A stretch of DNA of 64,000 bases from an uncultured Hormoscilla sp. (GTDB lineage Bacteria; Cyanobacteriota; Cyanobacteriia; Cyanobacteriales; Desertifilaceae): contig OZ001293.3 of NCBI GenBank assembly GCA_963921275.4, forward strand, positions 2,784,001 through 2,848,000, in the 5' to 3' direction. Positions within the stretch are counted from its first letter, which is position 1. Every line of letters starts with the position of its first letter. Below the pieces are notes generated by a model. The model was not told where the DNA came from. It saw nothing but the letters and a program-made list of their open reading frames with translations, and ran no database searches. This document shows, piece by piece, positions 10,404 through 22,499 of the stretch. Made by a program: the position numbers and the translations under genes.

Positions 10404-11260
10404 CTAGATATCTCCAAAATAGAAATTTATGCTATAATAAGATTTGAAAATTTAATTTTGTGACGAGTATTACCTGGACATATTTGCAAGCCAAGCCTAA
10501 AGAAGCAAAACGGCTCATCGGTATCAGCTATGAAAACTTAATACAACTTATTGCAATTGCTGTTGGATAAAAATCATAAAGAAAAGGTGGAAGAACACAA
10601 AACTAGATTGATACGTAGTGGGGGCGAAACCTAAATTATTAGTAGAAGAGCAAATAAACTTTGATGTGTCAAGGATTAACATTCCAAGTATTAGGTATAC
10701 TTTTTGGGTGAAAGCTAATGAGATTTTTAATTATTGGCAAGATATTTTGCCGTTTACTTGAACAAAAAAAATGGAGAAGATGAATAATATTTATCCAAAC
10801 ACAGAATATGAGTTGATAGTCGATAGCGCAAGCCATACCAAGACCTAAAGACTATGAAGAGCAGAAAAAGTTTTACTCAGGTAAGAAGAAATACTTTGAA
10901 AAATCAATTAATTGTTTTACCTGGTAGCGTGCAGATCTTGTCGATGTTGTATCTGGAGAAAGAGGCCCAGCAAGCGATATAAATCTTGCGAGCGTCAAGA
11001 AGTTTTCGATCCAGATCAAATTTTTGCAGGGGATAAAGCCTATATTGGAGAACCTCAAATAAAACAACCGAAAAAACAGGAATTAATAGCTAAACAAAAA
11101 GAAGAAAATAGAGATTTTTATTCCCGTTTTCGTTGAATACGTCATTGGTAAAAATTTTCCGGGTTGCCAGCGAGCGATTTTGGTTAAATATTGATAAATA
11201 TGAATCGGTAATTTCGACAAAAGTTGGGTTGGTTAGATTGCGCGAATTTTAGAAGTATTA
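10404..11260 (+). pseudogene. Degenerate IS5-like (DDE_Tnp_4 type) transposase
   Basis: Fragments LIVDS, YSGKKK and AGDKAYIG with many frameshifts. Confidence 0.7.
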
Positions 11261-13275
11261 GAATCTGTTGATAGCTCTGAAAAACTTGAGATTAACCAGT
11301 ACCACCTTTGGAGCTTCGATCGATTTGATCGATTTGGGCGGGATGCCAAAACTAATGGGGTCAAAGGGCACATCATCTATAAACCCACCCCATTTACTAT
11401 CTACCTTATCTCTAGCATTCCGGTCTGGATCGTAATATATCCGCCAATCCCACCGGGATGCCGGAATTTCGGTAATTGCATTTACCTTTCCGATAATGTT
11501 CTCCCAGAATGTTTCTGGATCTTGCGCTTTGGGCAGTAAGGTACTCATACCAATGATAGCAATATCCGATGAAGGGCTACGGACAGGCGAGACGCCCGTC
11601 CTACGATCTGAATCTGCGCCCCCATCGACCTTTAGTTGCGCTAACAGGTCCGTACTTCCTGCTGCTAACAGCGTCGAAATCATGCTTTCCCACAGCATGA
11701 AGCTGCTGAGGGGACTGACGTGACCGCCGCATTCCCGCCCTTCAAACACGAATTTTCTCGCCCCTTGTTCCAGGAACATTTCCAGCAGTTTGGGCACCGG
11801 TACGTGGATGTAAGTAGCAATTCCCAGAGATTCCAACTGGGCCGCTTGATCCCGACGCCCTCCCGCTATTAAAGCAAAGGGCGGTCTAATTGCTTCTACT
11901 ACTTGTAACTGTTCTGAACGTACTGCTTCGGGCACAAATCCCAGTATACCAATTTCCCAGGGGCGATCGCCCATTTTCTGCTGCGCCTCTGTCAATAGCG
12001 ATCGCACTTGCGGACCCCGCATTAGGGCCAATGCTAACAATGGTAATCCCCCAGCTTGGGATACAGCATCCGCAAATTCCGCCTTATCGCTCACCCTGGT
12101 CATCGGACCTTGGACGATCGGATATTTAGTTCCTTGCTCGACTGCCAAGGGGGCATTTTCTCCTAGGGGCTGTAGCTTTTGGGCGATTTTAATCTGTTCT
12201 CTACTCCCATTTAGCAGTTCTTGCACGCATCTACCTGTAGTTTTGTAGCGCTCGCCATAATCTGCTGCCAACCCGATCGCCTGTCCCATGGGCCATGCCA
12301 AGCTTCCTGGCGATTCCCAACCCACCAACTCTTCAGCTTTTTCTCTCCAGGACTGCGGATTTTCTCTTTCTAACTGTTCCGCCAACTCTTGGAGAGTTTC
12401 GATCGCCTCAAACCCCGGACGATACAAAACCCGGCAACTAGCATTTAGTCTTTCCCCAATTGTAATTGCCTCTTGACCATTCAGGTTAGCTAGATGCTTT
12501 TGCCATGTCTCTGGCATTGGTGATTCCGGCATCAGCCACAATTGGTCATCTAATACTATACCCGATGCTCCCGCCGCCCGACAGGCTGCCGCTGTATGCA
12601 TGCCTATGCCACCTTGGACATATATCGGCAGCGATATTTTTTTCTCTCAGTTTCTGTAGGAGAATATAAGCTGAGTCTTCACCCACCCAGCCGCCACTTT
12701 CGTGACCTTTTGCTATTATAACTCAAGTTGCTACCTATAAAAATTGCGACCTCCCAGATAGCCATTTTGGTAAATTTATTCGCTAAAATGCCGTTTTGGG
12801 GTAAATCACAAGGTAATTTTAGCTGATTTTGGCTGATTTTGGCGCTTTGCAAGGAGTTGAGGTTCTATAGGTAGCAACTTAGGTTATTATACCATCTATT
12901 ATATCTTCCCTTATTGATGATGCCTCAACTATATCTGTAATTTAAATTAATATTTTCCTCTCTTTTGCACCCCCCATGGCTTTGATACTTTCTATTTCTT
13001 CTCCCGGCACTACCCTGATTATTAAATAATGGGGGCGAGCGCGCAATCTTTCTAATATCCTATAGTTAGCAGCAATTTGGTCTGACCGCAACCGCAATAC
13101 TACCACATCATCCTGCTTTACCAATTCTAACAGTCGCTCTATATTTCCGATCGCCTGGTCTTGGTCGCGACACAACTCCCCATCTAGTATCCCCACACCC
13201 CCTACTTGTTCCCACGGAGATGCCCGGGTGAGTCATGCTTATGGGACTACTCGAAAAGCAATCAAATGTATTCAT
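11258..13275 (-). pseudogene. Type I PKS-like gene with N-terminal nitronate-monooxygenase/FabK-like flavin domain and truncated KS
   Basis: YPIVQGPMTRVSD and FEGRECGGH, then DIAIIGM...FWENI...KWGGF; frameshifts, a MITE insertion and 3' truncation. Confidence 0.75.
12721..12884. mobile_element. 164-bp MITE with IS982-type ends
   Basis: actcaagttgctacctat...ataggtagcaacttaggt; 7-bp TSD TATTATA; ends match the IS982 at 48902-49913. Confidence 0.9.
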
Positions 13276-13423
13276 CACGCATTTTCCTCCTATGTTGTAG
13301 GTAGTATTTCCCTCTTCTTTCTGTCACCTTACCCTGTTAGCTAGCTTACCCTGGCGATCTCTTCTCCCAGGCTAACACTTCTGTCCGCAATAGGATCAAA
13401 TCTGACCCTATTATTGTATTTTG

Positions 13424-14255
13424 GGTAGTGATAAACATGTAGTGATGGCACAACTAACCCGACAAGCATTTGTTGTAATCATGCACAAAATACCAAATCG
13501 CGTGATTTTCTTCTTAGAGAATGATAATGTTTTCCAAACCAAGCGACTAATTCTTTGCCTCGTTGTTTAACCTTTCAATATGATTAGTTTTTCCAGTTTC
13601 TTTACCTACCGCAATAGTAACGCTTTTTCGGTATTGTTATATGCTTCCCAAAAAGTAAAAAAACCTCGATAAACAGGAGGTAAATATTTCCACAATTTTT
13701 TTGCTGAGACTGCGATCGTCCAACTCCTACAACTTCTCTTGTTTTTGTATCAAGTGCCAACCAAATGTTTGTTTTCTTTATTCCCAAGACTACATTTCAT
13801 CACATGTCAATTTTCCTTTGGGCTTGTCTGAAACCTTTAGATCACGGCAGATTTTTTATTAACGTTTGTGAAACCTTTACTCGACGCGCAATACCTGCCT
13901 ATTCTTTCAAGTAATAGCTCATCTATATTCTTTTTCTTTTCGGACGATACCTGCTGTCGGGTTTTCAATTTATTGCCGATTTTTGAGATATTTTTGCTTT
14001 TTATTATGAGTACTACCATTTTTTACTGTTCGCTCACAATTACAATAAGGGCAATTGGGTCGCGACGATGATGATGTGTTCATAAGTCTATACTCGCTTT
14101 TGACTAATAACATAAGAGCATTTTTCTGATGAGCTATACATGAGAATATCATTGCTATCAATTTGGCTAAGATAAAGAGCTGTTATATCATTCCTAAGAA
14201 AAGTAAGGATTAATAGAAGGATGGAATGTTCTATCACTACATATTTATCACTACC
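13424..14255 (-). mobile_element. Degenerate IS1-family element
   Basis: TIR ggtagtgataaa(c/t)atgtagtgat; CPYC...KNG and WLALDTKTREVVG fragments. Confidence 0.8.
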
Positions 14256-15184
14256 ACCCCTCGCTAGGCATCATCCGGTATGCTGACGATTTTGTCGTCA
14301 CATCCAAAGACAAAGAATCCTTAGAAACAGTGCTGATCCAGCTAAAGCAATGGATGTCTGAAAGAGGACTGGAAATCAGTACGGAGAAAAGCAAAATAGT
14401 TCACAGAAATGAGGGGTTTGACTTCCTGAGCTTCAACCTCCGCCATTACGGCGGTAAACTTTTAACCAAACCTCAAAAGTCCAAAGTCCTTGACTTTTGC
14501 AAAAAGATAAGTGACGAAGTTAAGGAAAAAGTTGATTGGGCTCAAGAAGCTATAATAAACGAATCCAATTCTCCGAGGTTTTGCTAACTCCTAGTGGGGT
14601 AAGCAAAGAAGCCTTCAGCTACATCGAGTATCGAGTGTGGCATCTTCCGTTGGGCTTTACGTCGGCATCCCAACAAATCAAAAACATGAGTCCTTAATCG
14701 TTACTTTGGAAAATGTAAGGGACGTAGCTATAACTTCGTAACTGATATAAAGGGTCGGGAAAAATTACGGGCTCTCTATGATATCAGTAGTACGTCAGGC
14801 ACATCAAAGTTAAAGGGACCGCAATGACGACCCAGCACTCCAAGAATACTGGTTCAAACGCAATATTAAAAACGGGCAAAATTACTGGTACTGGGCAAAA
14901 GGCTCAAAATATGAAAGGGTTGCCCAAGAACTGGAATTGTCCCATTGGCAATGAACCTCTATTCAACGGAGAAAAGATTGAGACTCACCACATAGTACCT
15001 GTAAAGCAAGGTGGTTCGGACGACACTGAAAACCTTGTCCATTTACACGCAGCGTGTCACAAACAGGTACATTCAAAATCCAAGAAAGAAAGGCTTGAAG
15101 TAAGGTCTTAGCCGTATGAGGGGATAACTCTCATGTACGGTTAGTCGGGGAGGGGAGAGAGGTGACTCTCAAACCTTACCCTCT
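14256..15184 (+). mobile_element. Group II intron 3' fragment (decayed RT-X-HNH plus D5/D6)
   Basis: IIRYADDF, EGFDFL and ETHHIVP...GG...NLVHLH...CH; D5 agccgtatgag...gtacggtt at about 15110. Confidence 0.85.
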
Positions 15185-15244
15185 AAAGTCTCAAGTCCAG
15201 TTTTGAAGACGAGTCGGGGAGGTGACTCTCTGGCTTAGTTTAAC
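15185..15244 (+). mobile_element. 3' half of D5 plus D6 of a second group II intron
   Basis: aaagtctcaagtccagttttgaagacgagtcgg...gcttagtttaac matches the intron 3' end at 37121-37180. Confidence 0.85.
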
Positions 15245-15252
15245 CACCACTA

Positions 15253-16284
15253 CTAATCGTCAGCAAAAATATAACGATACAGTTCACTCGGATCTGGTTC
15301 AGGACTCTCTAAGGCAAATTTTACCGCCTCATCAATCACAGCCTGAATCTGCTGATCGATCGCCTTCAGTTCTTCGGCAGAGGCCAGATTTTTTTCCGCC
15401 AGGTAAGCAGCAAAATTCTTAATCGGGTCCCGGGTAAGCCAGAATTCCTTCTCTTGCTGAGAACGCAACTCATCAGGATCTGCCAGAGAGTGACCCCGGA
15501 ATCTATAAGTCAAAGCTTCAATCAGGGTTGGCCCTTCCCCAGCACGGGCCCGGGAGACCGCCTCAAGGGCCGCTGTCCGCACCGCCAGCACATCCATACC
15601 ATCTACCTCCACTCCAGGCATGCCAAAAGCATGAGCCTTCTTGTAAATCTCCGGCACCGATGTCGCTCTGTCATGGGCCATCCCGATCGCCCATTTATTG
15701 TTCTCTACCACATAAATTATCGGCAGTTGCCAGAGAACCGCCATATTCAAACATTCAAAGAACTGACCATTATTGCAAGCACCATCGCCAAAAAAGCAAG
15801 CCGTCACTTGATCCGCCCCTGACTCGCCCATCGACTCTCGCCGGTACTTACTCTGAAACGCCGCACCAGTTGCCACAGGTATGCCCTCAGCCACAAAGGC
15901 ATAGCCCCCCAGCAGCCGGTGCTTTTCCGAGAACATATGCATAGAACCGCCACGACCTTGAGAGCAACCCGTGGCCTTACCAAACAACTCCGCCATCACC
16001 TCTTTGGCTGGCACGCCAGCACTCAAAGCATGGACATGGTCGCGATAGGTGCTACATACATAATCTTCATCAGGACGCAATGCCTTAATTACGCCGGTGG
16101 CGACCGCCTCTTGACCATTGTATAAGTGGACAAAGCCAAACATTTTGCCCCGGTAGTACATCTCAGCGCACTTGTCTTCAAACAAGCGTCCTAGTACCAT
16201 ATCTTCGTAGAGCCGTAAGCCTTCCGCTTTGGTAATTTGAACTCCATCCTTTGCGAATACCGGTAATGTGCGTTCGGAAATCAT
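15253..16284 (-). CDS. pdhA: Pyruvate dehydrogenase E1 alpha
   Basis: [22 protein letters not shown]...NN and YRFRGHS; start taken at MISERTLP. Confidence 0.97.
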   Translation of the reverse strand: MISERTLPVFAKDGVQITKAEGLRLYEDMVLGRLFEDKCAEMYYRGKMFGFVHLYNGQEAVATGVIKALRPDEDYVCSTYRDHVHALSAGVPAKEVMAELFGKATGCSQGRGGSMHMFSEKHRLLGGYAFVAEGIPVATGAAFQSKYRRESMGESGADQVTACFFGDGACNNGQFFECLNMAVLWQLPIIYVVENNKWAIGMAHDRATSVPEIYKKAHAFGMPGVEVDGMDVLAVRTAALEAVSRARAGEGPTLIEALTYRFRGHSLADPDELRSQQEKEFWLTRDPIKNFAAYLAEKNLASAEELKAIDQQIQAVIDEAVKFALESPEPDPSELYRYIFADD

Positions 16285-16352
16285 CAAGTTTGTCCTATAA
16301 TTACGGATCGTAACTGAACTAATTTTTCTTAAGATTAAACTAAGCCAGGGAG

Positions 16353-18978
16353 TCACCTCCCCGACTCGTCTTCAGAACCGGACGATCTGCTTTTCACCTC
16401 ATCCGGCTCCTCAGCAATGCCATCCTTGTCATGGACACGGCTACTACCATCATTGGCAGTCTTTACGTCGTGGCAGTGTTTGTGCAACAGTTGTAGGTTT
16501 TCCCACCGGTCCTTACCACCTAATGAAAGTGGTTTGATGTGGTCTATTTCCCATCGGTCGCTATCCTTGAATGTTAGTCCGCATTGTTGACATTTCCCTT
16601 TTTGCCGCTTGAGCAGCTTTGCTCCTCTATTGCTTAGCTCTGGGTTCCTGCCTAGTCTCGTGCTCCAATATGTGAGGTTCCCGTCGTATGGGCTTGCTGG
16701 TCCTTTGACCTTTATGTGCCTTACTATCTCTACACTCACGTGTCGATATAGCATTACTTTCCCTTCTTTCGTCTGACATCTGAATTGCCATTTTCTGTCT
16801 TGGTCAACTGACCAGTACTTTTTGGCTATCCAATGCTTTGACTTATTCGGGTGTCTCCTCTTTGCCCAATTCCACAGGATTTCCCATAGGTAGTTGTCCA
16901 TCTTTGAGTAAACTTCCTTGCTTACTCCCGTCCTGAAGTAGTTTTCCCATCCTCGTATTACCGGGTTGAGTTTGCTTATCAAGACAGCTTGTGGAACTGC
17001 TTTATGGCTGCTTACTGTTTCTGCCAGCCTTTTCTTGTGCTTATCTATGGACTTATTACTGGGTTTGATGAGGGTTTTGTAGCCTAGGGCTTCTCCATTA
17101 CTATTCCTGCCGCTCCTGTTCTTACTTACCTCATATTGCCTTATGTTGAATCCCAAGAAGTCAAATCCTGGTTCTTCTCCTTTTAGCGTGTGAGTTATTC
17201 TCGTCTTTTCCGGCTTTAGTTCTAGTCCAACCCCTTTTAGCCACTCTGTTATGACCACTCGCGCTTCTTCTATCTTTTCTTTGTCGTCATGCATTACCAC
17301 AAAATCATCAGCATATCTGACTACTGTCAGTTTCTTTTTTTCTCTTTGTGTTTCTGCGAGTTCCATTACTGCTTCTTCTAGTCCATGTAGGGCTATATTC
17401 GCTAATAATGGTGATATGACTCCTCCCGTACCCTCTTCGGTTGCATACCATTCTTTCTTATCTATCACCCCGGCTTTTAACCATGCCCGTATTTGTTTAC
17501 GGATTGGTGATGTAGTATTCAGTTTTTTCATTAACGCTTTATGGTCAATTTTATCGAAACACTTGGCTATATCAGCATCTGGATGGGGTCGAGCCGGGAA
17601 TCGCTTCCCGACCCTCCCTTGAGGAACCGGACTTGCGATTTTCACCGCATCCGGCTACTGGGTACTAGGCCCTTTTCATAGGTAGACTTAATAGGAATTA
17701 CTTCCGTTAGCCCTTGCCGCCTGTCTTTTCTTCCCTTTCCTGGTTTAGCGAGTGGTTGTTCTGATAACCGTTAGTATCACCATTTTCAAGTCAGTTTTAC
17801 CAGTTATCCATACCTTATCCTCCACTTGCGTTTCGGATTAGTTCCGTGGCTTTTTAGGATTACTCATTCCAGCAGCTTCCTAGTATCACCGACCCACGTC
17901 AGCGCTGGCTACCCAGCATCATCTACATTACTGTAGATGTTATCCCAGGAATTACCCCGGGCATTCGCTTCTTGGGCCATCCCTCCCCCCGTGGCTTGCG
18001 CTTAACATCTAACTTGTCCTGATGGACAGCACACGAGAGGTTACTTCGTTCCCTAACAACATTTCGCGATACCTTTAGGTCCACACTATACCCCGGGAGC
18101 TATTTGAGTACTATATTAGCCAGAGTCTAAAACTAATACTAGCTACCATTTCCTTTTTAGGCCAGCGCATATAGCCTTATTTCGCTGGTTCCTTATAACG
18201 AGGCTTGCACATGTTTGCCTGCTCTAACCTTGGATATCTTTCCTAGCGGCGTCACCGGCTTAGGCTGCCAGTTATCCTACATTTGAGTCCTCGCTTAGCA
18301 CCACGATGATGTCGCTTCGTAGCACCGAGGACCGGTGTCACCCCCGTACCTGGGGGGAGGGGAATTTAACCCCCATGCGGTCAGAGTTCCCGGCTAATGA
18401 AACCGGGCTAGCGTTCCGTGTTTGACCACGTTAGGCTAGAACGAATCGCACAATACCCATTTAGGTTTCGTTTTGATACTGAGAAAGATTGCTTCGATTG
18501 CATCATGACATCCTCTTCCCGGTCTAAATCCGTAGGAGTTTCCTTCCATATACGCTTCCCATTCCGGTTCTAGCGCAATTTTCAGTAACCCCTGTGTCGC
18601 ACGGTCGTGCATTGTCGGTATTCCTAATGGACGCTTTTCGTCTCTTCCTGGCTTGGGTATCCACACTCGTCGTGCGGGTTTGGCCTTGTTTGAGATTTCT
18701 ATTTGTCCTACCAGTTCCATTCTTTGTTTTGGGGTCAGTGATTTCACACCGTCCACACCTGCTGTCTTCTTTCCCTGGTTGTCCTGTGTTACCTGTCGAA
18801 CCGCTAGACTTTTGGCTGCCCGGGATTTTACCAGTAACCTCTGGAGCCTGCGAACTGTCCGCTTATCACCACGTTGTGCCGCTCTGTAAATTCTCAGAAG
18901 CAACTTAAAGATTATCCTCTCTAGTTTTTTCCAAGGGATATCCTTCCATTCATTCATCGATTTTGACATCGTGCTCAT
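16353..18978 (-). CDS. Group II intron RT/maturase/HNH, join(18978..18452,17580..16353), 584 aa after removing the inner intron
   Basis: [13 protein letters not shown] restored in frame; YADD and HNH present; GTPQGG reduced to GTGG. Confidence 0.88.
17581..18451 (-). mobile_element. ORF-less group II intron (871 nt) nested in the RT ORF
   Basis: GTGCG 5' end; canonical-looking D5 AGCCGGATGCGGTGAAAATCGCAAGTCCGGTT at 17625-17656; boundaries fixed by host reading-frame restoration. Confidence 0.92.
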
Positions 18979-19934
18979 GACGTTTTCATTGCTAGTTGCA
19001 ACTCTACTTTTGACATTACCGTGAGGGCGTCAGCTTATCCTACCCATTACGGTAGGCTTTTGCTTCTCCGCGAAATCTTTCCCAGATATGACCTGCCCTA
19101 ATGGAGGGCAGACGTTGCGCCTTTGGTGGCTACTCTACCTATCGACCGGTGATAGAGAGTCATATCTGGTTTACTTCGTTCCTACAGACGATTGATTGTA
19201 GTTTTAGATGGATTCCCTACGCCGGGTTTATTGTCAGTGCTTACTGGTCGGGACTATAACCGCCAGCGACCTATATCCTTACCCTTTTGGGCCAGTGTAT
19301 CAGCCTTATTACACTGGTTCTGATTAACGGCGCTACAAATCTTTGCTTACGCTCATCATGACTACTTGCTCGACGATAACCGGTTTAGGCTACCAGTTAG
19401 AGCGCCTTTTATTCCCACTTTACGGATTGATGCCATCTCTACCGTAGGGAATATGCTGTCACTCCTGCACCTGGAGGGGTGGATTTTCACCACCATCATC
19501 TGTAAGTTGTCTATGCTAATGAAACCTAGCTAGTGGTCTCCTACCTGGTTTTCACCGGTAGTTTACACTAAACGAATCGCACATAGCCCCATCAGTCAAG
19601 GGTCCTGTTGTCCTTCAAGTTTGAGCTACAATGATATATGCCTATTTATGGCATATATTATCAATAAACAACAATCAACCATCTTCAACCCCTATCATCC
19701 GGACTTTGTATAACGCTATGAATGTCCTTTATATCCATGAAAAAAATCAGATTATAATATCAATTTATAACCCCCTGATGATATAATTAGAGAGGAATGC
19801 CAAAAATTATAATCGATCGGGACTGCTGTGGGTGGGAAATTTCGTTATATTAGATGATAAAAGGGAAAAGGGTTAGGGAGTTGGTGCGTACCAGGCCGGG
19901 AGACACAGCGTACCAGATCCACCAGTGCTCAATG

Positions 19935-19986
19935 TCAACTAACCACTGACAACTGATAACTAACCACTGACAACTGACCAATAACA
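19935..19986 (+). repeat. Heptamer-type short tandem repeats (similar arrays near 340, 24930, 30315, 31720)
   Basis: actaacc/actgaca/actgata units. Confidence 0.7.
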
Positions 19987-20024
19987 GCCTTAAATTAGTG
20001 AATTGCTGCTGAGGGAGACGACTG

Positions 20025-22499
20025 GTGAGAATTCCGCTCGATTACTACCGGATTCTAGGCTTGCCGATACAGGCGACTGTCGAACAGTTGGAGATGTATC
20101 ATCGCGATCGGACGATGCAACTGCCCCGGCGGGAGTATTCGGAGATCGCGATAGACTCCCGTAAACAGCTGTTAGATCAAGCCTATGGGGTGCTCTCGGA
20201 CTCCGACCAGCGTCGCACCTATGATGCGAATCTAGATGCTGCCCTGGCTGCGCCGGACCCGAAAATAGACGGAACCACCAGTGTAGAGGCAAAGGAGAAG
20301 CATCACAGTCCCAGCATAGAGATTTCAGAGGAGCAATTAGTCGGGGCCTTGCTGATCCTGTTAGAACTAGGGGAGTATGAACTGGTATTGCAGTTGGGAC
20401 GTCCTTACCTAAGCAGCAGCAAGATAAGTGCAGAAAAAGACCCCTCAGGGGCATCACAACTGGAACGATCGGATACGGTACTCACGATCGCTCACGCCTG
20501 TCTGGAACTAGGTCGCGAACAGTGGCAGCAAGGAAATTACACAACGGCAGCGGAATATCTGGAAACTGGTCAAAACTTACTGTTGAGCGAAGGATTATTC
20601 CCGACTGTGCGGGGGGAAATTGCGGCAGATCTCTACAAACTGCGTCCTTACCGCATCCTGGAATTACTGGCCCAATCAGAAGAAAAAACTTCTAGTACAC
20701 CGGCGTCGCGCAGTGGGCGACGCCAAGGGGTACAAATGCTGCGGGATATGCTCGAAGAGAGGGGCGGCATTGATGGCACGGGGGATGACGGTTCCGGGTT
20801 AGGAATTGATGACTTTCTGCGCTTTGTCCAGCAGCTGCGGGGCTACATGACCTCTGAAGAACAACAGACTTTGTTTGAGTCTGAAGCCCTGCGCCCTTCA
20901 GCCGTGGCGACTTACCTGGCTGTATATGCTCTGCTGGTCCGGGGATTTGCCCAACATAAACCGGCCCTGATTAACCGTGCTAAACGGATGCTGATGCGCT
21001 TGGGTAACCGCCAGGATGTTCATCTAGAACAAGCCGTGTGCGCCCTGCTGCTGGGTCAGACTTCCGAAGCAAGTAGGGCCCTAGAACTGAGCCAGGAATA
21101 CGAACAGATCGCCTTTATCCGAGAACATTCTCAGGGTGCCCCAGACCTGTTGCCAGGATTATGTCTGTACGGCGAGCGCTGGCTCCACGAAGAAGTGTTT
21201 ACCCACTTCCAAGACTTGCAGAAAGGCAGCACAACCCTGAAAGATTACTTCGCTGATCAGCAAGTGCAATCATATTTGGAAGCACTCCCTCAGGAAATAA
21301 ACAACTCCAGTGAGTGGACAGTGGTGCAACACCAGCAGATATCTCAAAGATCGGCTTCGATGTCTCTGGGGAGCGCTACTCGCACTACCCCAGAGACATC
21401 GACCTCAGAGCGACTAGCGCCTGCACCCCCCGGGGCTGTGTCTCCCGACCCTAGGAGCACTACCCAGGAGACACAGGAGCGCTATTTTCGCGACGTTCCC
21501 AGGCGGAGCCGTAGGAACGAGGGGGGGGCGATGGGCGAGGGGCAGTGCGAGCAGCGCGCCCCGAGTGCATCGAAGCAGTCCGTCCGTTGGGTTGAAAATG
21601 GGGGGGAGATAACAGATCCAGTTGGTGCCCCTACCCTGGTGGCACAAACCCAGTCAAGGACTACCCTGTCTCCGGAAGCTGAGGCAACGGCCGTTGCCAT
21701 CGCTCGCCCAAAAACGGCTCCTGCTGCGTCCCCCGGTGCTGCGTCTCCTGGGAGCGCTACTCGCACAAAAGAGGAGACGCAGCGCGCTACTCGCACTACC
21801 CGGGGGACGCAGAGGGTGGGTTCGAGATTGTCACCAGGACGCTCACATGCTATGCCAACTCTGAGAGATGCAAAGCAGCCAGTAGTCAAGACTGAGGGAG
21901 AGTTTTATTCGCCTAGGTTCCGTATGCTGTTACTGGCAGCTGTGGGAATTGTTAGTCTCCTGCTGCTGTGGTTTGTGGTGGGTTGGTTGCTTAGACTGAT
22001 ATTATCACGACAACCGGTACTGGAAGGGGAGCAGCTGCAAGTGCGGCTCGATCGGCCTCCTATACAGATTCCAGACCCCAATACAAATACCCGGGTAACA
22101 ACCGGTCCCATAAACAAATCAATGGCGGAGCAGGCGATCGACAGCTGGTTAACCACGAAAAGACAAGTCTTTGGTCCTAACCATAGCATCGATCGGTTAG
22201 AGCAAATATTGGTGGAACCAGCCCTGGGAGAGCAGCGGCGACGGGCGCTGGTGGCACGGCAAGAAAACTGGTACGGTCAGTACCAGCACAGAGTGACGGT
22301 GGAGAAGGTTTCCTTGATGTCAAGCGATCGCGATCGGGCTATAGTGGAAGCAATTGTCAGCGAAAAAGCAGACTTTTTTGTAAATGGTCAGTTTGACCGG
22401 GCTTCTTCGTACTTCAATCCCAATTTGCGGCTGCGCTATGAGTTAATAAACCAAGCTGGTCAGTGGCGAATTCAGAATATTATCCTTGTAAACAACTAG
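20025..22499 (+). CDS. ftn2: Cell division protein Ftn2/ZipN (ARC6-like)
   Basis: MRIPLDYYRILG J-like N-terminus, TM segment and C-terminal IMS-like domain; divergent from pdhA. Confidence 0.9.
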   Translation: MRIPLDYYRILGLPIQATVEQLEMYHRDRTMQLPRREYSEIAIDSRKQLLDQAYGVLSDSDQRRTYDANLDAALAAPDPKIDGTTSVEAKEKHHSPSIEISEEQLVGALLILLELGEYELVLQLGRPYLSSSKISAEKDPSGASQLERSDTVLTIAHACLELGREQWQQGNYTTAAEYLETGQNLLLSEGLFPTVRGEIAADLYKLRPYRILELLAQSEEKTSSTPASRSGRRQGVQMLRDMLEERGGIDGTGDDGSGLGIDDFLRFVQQLRGYMTSEEQQTLFESEALRPSAVATYLAVYALLVRGFAQHKPALINRAKRMLMRLGNRQDVHLEQAVCALLLGQTSEASRALELSQEYEQIAFIREHSQGAPDLLPGLCLYGERWLHEEVFTHFQDLQKGSTTLKDYFADQQVQSYLEALPQEINNSSEWTVVQHQQISQRSASMSLGSATRTTPETSTSERLAPAPPGAVSPDPRSTTQETQERYFRDVPRRSRRNEGGAMGEGQCEQRAPSASKQSVRWVENGGEITDPVGAPTLVAQTQSRTTLSPEAEATAVAIARPKTAPAASPGAASPGSATRTKEETQRATRTTRGTQRVGSRLSPGRSHAMPTLRDAKQPVVKTEGEFYSPRFRMLLLAAVGIVSLLLLWFVVGWLLRLILSRQPVLEGEQLQVRLDRPPIQIPDPNTNTRVTTGPINKSMAEQAIDSWLTTKRQVFGPNHSIDRLEQILVEPALGEQRRRALVARQENWYGQYQHRVTVEKVSLMSSDRDRAIVEAIVSEKADFFVNGQFDRASSYFNPNLRLRYELINQAGQWRIQNIILVNN
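21357..21402. repeat. Palindromic element with 15-bp stem and conserved 16-nt loop; copies at about 21721-21812, 27672-27715, 31200-31282, 36226-36269, 39004-39047, 61885-61980
   Basis: tcgatgtctctgggg-agcgctactcgcacta-ccccagagacatcga. Confidence 0.85.

Larger units (their letters stand above)
16334..19582 (-). mobile_element. Group II intron (outer intron of twintron) encoding RT-maturase-HNH
   Basis: 5' GTGCGATTCGTT at 19582; 3' ...gcttagtttaat at 16334; ORF interrupted by the inner intron. Confidence 0.92.

Noticed and set aside
16285..16356. N-terminal extension of PdhA in the ORF track
   Set aside because: It runs into intron D6; the typical start is MISERTLP at 16284.
17581..17645. 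Start of a stand-alone 430-aa RT ORF
   Set aside because: The first ~21 codons are D5/D6 of the nested intron.
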